Shown one piece after another: positions 51,837-53,905 of a stretch of 53,905 nucleotides of DNA (positions are counted from its first letter, which is position 1; the number at the start of each line of letters is the position of its first letter). The stretch is from Nemertoderma westbladi. Taxonomy: Eukaryota; Animalia; Xenacoelomorpha. Under the pieces are notes generated by a model. It did no database searches. It was not told where the DNA came from and worked only from the letters and a program-made list of their open reading frames with translations. The stretch is taken from the NCBI GenBank assembly GCA_032718475.1, contig JAUCBJ010000598.1, positions 1 to 53,905 on the forward strand, given 5' to 3'. A program made the position numbers and the translations under genes.

Positions 51837-53560
51837 TGGCCCCGAAAAAAAGATGGCGATCGAACAAAAGATCGAGGCCAGGATCAAGACGCAAATTAGG
51901 AGCAAGATCCTATAAGCAATATTCCGAGGATAAGTTAAACCAAGCTATCAATCTAATTAAAACTAAACAATTAACGCAACGGAAAGCTGCTAAAGAATTT
52001 AACATACCAAGGTCGACCTTAAAGAACAAACTTTCACAGAAACATTCTGGTCCCGTCGGTCAGTCGGTCACCCTAGCGCTCTAGGAATGGAGGAAGAAAA
52101 AATCATAGCCGAACGGTTTCGAATTATATCAGATTATGGGTTTCCTTTGACTTTCTTTGATTCACAAATGCTTATACATGAATACCTTCAGCGGCTAGGT
52201 AAACATGTAGCACAATTTAAAAATAACATCCCTGGGTACGAATATATTAAATCATTCATCAAACGAAATGGGCTCTCCTATCGACTTACTCAGAACATAA
52301 AAAAGAAAAGAGCTGAAGTTACCAAGGACATCATAAATGATTACTTTGATAATTTAGAAAAGGAATTGTCTGGTATACCAAATACAAATATCGTAAACTA
52401 CGATGAGACAAATCTGACTGACGATCCTGGTAGGAAGAGGTGTATTGTTCGACGAGGGTGCAAGTACCCAGAGAGGATAAAGAATTCTTCAAAAGCATCT
52501 ACCTCCATAATGGTTTTCTGGTGCTGCTGATGGGACCATGCTACCTATCCATGTAGTATATAATGCTGTTCATTTATATGATACCTGGACTCATGGTGGG
52601 CCCCTTGGGACAAGATTCGGTAGGACAAAGAGTGGGTGGTATGATACAATATATTTTACTGACTGGTTCATTAAGGTGGCACTACCGTATCTCAAGAAAC
52701 TGAAAGGTTCCAAGGTTGTCATAGGCGACAATCTTTCATCACACTTCAGTGGTGAAGTCCTCAAACTGTGTGATCGCAACGACATAAAGTTCATATGTTT
52801 ACCAGCGAACTCGACACATTTGACCCAGCCCCTTGACCGTGCATTTTTCGGCCCAATGAAACGTATTTGGCGGAAACAACTTGACCTTTGGAAATCTTCA
52901 AATCCTCGAAGTAATGTCACAGTACCAAAAGAAAAATTCCCAACCTTGCTTAAGAATCTCTTTGATGCCTTAGAAACAAAGAGCGATAACATCCGTAGTG
53001 GGTTCCGGGCATGTGGAATATATCCTTTAGATCGTCACGCTGTTCTTAAGAACTTACCATCTGCTCCACTAGCACCTGCTGATGTAGGAGCTGCTATAGA
53101 TAGTTCTGTCATTGATCACCTGGAGCAACTCCGCGGTCCACAAGGTCTTAATAAACGCAAGAAAAAATCTCGTCTAGAAGTACAACCTGGCAAGAGTGTG
53201 AGATCCCAAGATGAATCATTTAGTGAAAGTGATGTGAGCAATGTTGGCAACAGCAATACTGATGAAGCTGTTGGTGTTAATAGTGATGGTGATACCGATT
53301 ATGAGGGGGACACTGATGAGTATTTTGATAATGAAGAGGATACTGATTATAATGCGGATACAAGTTATGAGGATGAAGACAATGCAGATTATGATGAGAG
53401 AGACAATTCTGATGTGGATATCAATCCAGGGGTTACTGATTATGGTTATGGTGAGCATCTTGGAAGTGATGAGATAGAAGGTATAGCTGATTATGATCGG
53501 GATATTGATTACATGCCAGTAATGGCTGACCTCGACGATCTCGAGAATATGAACAATTGA
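51837..53560 (+). pseudogene. pogo/Tigger-like (CENP-B/DDE_1) transposase with two frameshifts
   Basis: psq-type HTH (YSEDKLNQAI…AAKEFNIPRSTL), a CENP-B-type HTH and catalytic motifs NYDETN, GDNLSSH and QPLD, split over three ORFs in different frames; acidic tail. Probable left end TA|CCGTA at ~51222. Confidence 0.9.
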
Positions 53561-53815
53561 ATTATTTTGGCAATTTTAAACTATCTATGTGCAATACTAC
53601 TTACTATATATGCAATTAATGTGATAGATAAGAACTATGTTTGTTCTTTTAGATACTTTGTATCTTTGTCTTCTAAATTCTGTTTTGCTTTGTCTTGGCT
53701 TATTAACTATTGACTTAAGCAATACGGCAACTATGCAATCACTATGCAGCTATGGTGTTGATAGATTACCTCTTTGTTTTGCTTTTTTTCCAATTCAGTT
53801 TATATTTGTTTTGTT

Positions 53816-53846
<31 letters not shown>

Positions 53847-53905
53847 AGGGAACACATGCCCAAACAGGCAGTGCAGACTTTGCAAAATGCACTGCCATAT
53901 TAGGC

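Noticed and set aside
4685-53842. Scattered poly-G/poly-C runs
   Set aside because: Several lie in TE arms and the rest show no consistent context; homopolymer lengths are unreliable.

Overview
Eukaryotic (probably invertebrate metazoan) genomic DNA: AT-rich, intron-containing and dense in repeats. The one convincing host gene is a minus-strand, multi-exon RAVER1/2-like gene (three-RRM, PTB-binding splicing regulator). Its ATG is at 47296 and its coding exons were reconstructed by hand down to 25094; the 3' end is unresolved. The most striking feature is intron 3 (34251-46002). It consists almost entirely of roughly 410 tandem copies of a 28-bp unit that is the last 28 nt of coding exon 3. 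Every unit junction recreates the 5' splice site AAG|GTTAGT, and use of any donor other than the first would include an in-frame stop. A 9-bp microhomology at the distal end explains how a 176-bp ancestral intron expanded to 11.75 kb. The rest of the window holds: an apparently intact Ty3/gypsy-type gag-pol with a -1 frameshift signal and an atypical FRDD RT motif; RTE-like and RLE-type non-LTR fragments; a frameshifted pogo/Tigger-like transposase; several foldback/MITE elements with exact target-site duplications; a tRNA-derived SINE; a ~1.5-kb local duplication; and further minisatellites. All calls come from reading the sequence and recalled family motifs; no database search was run.
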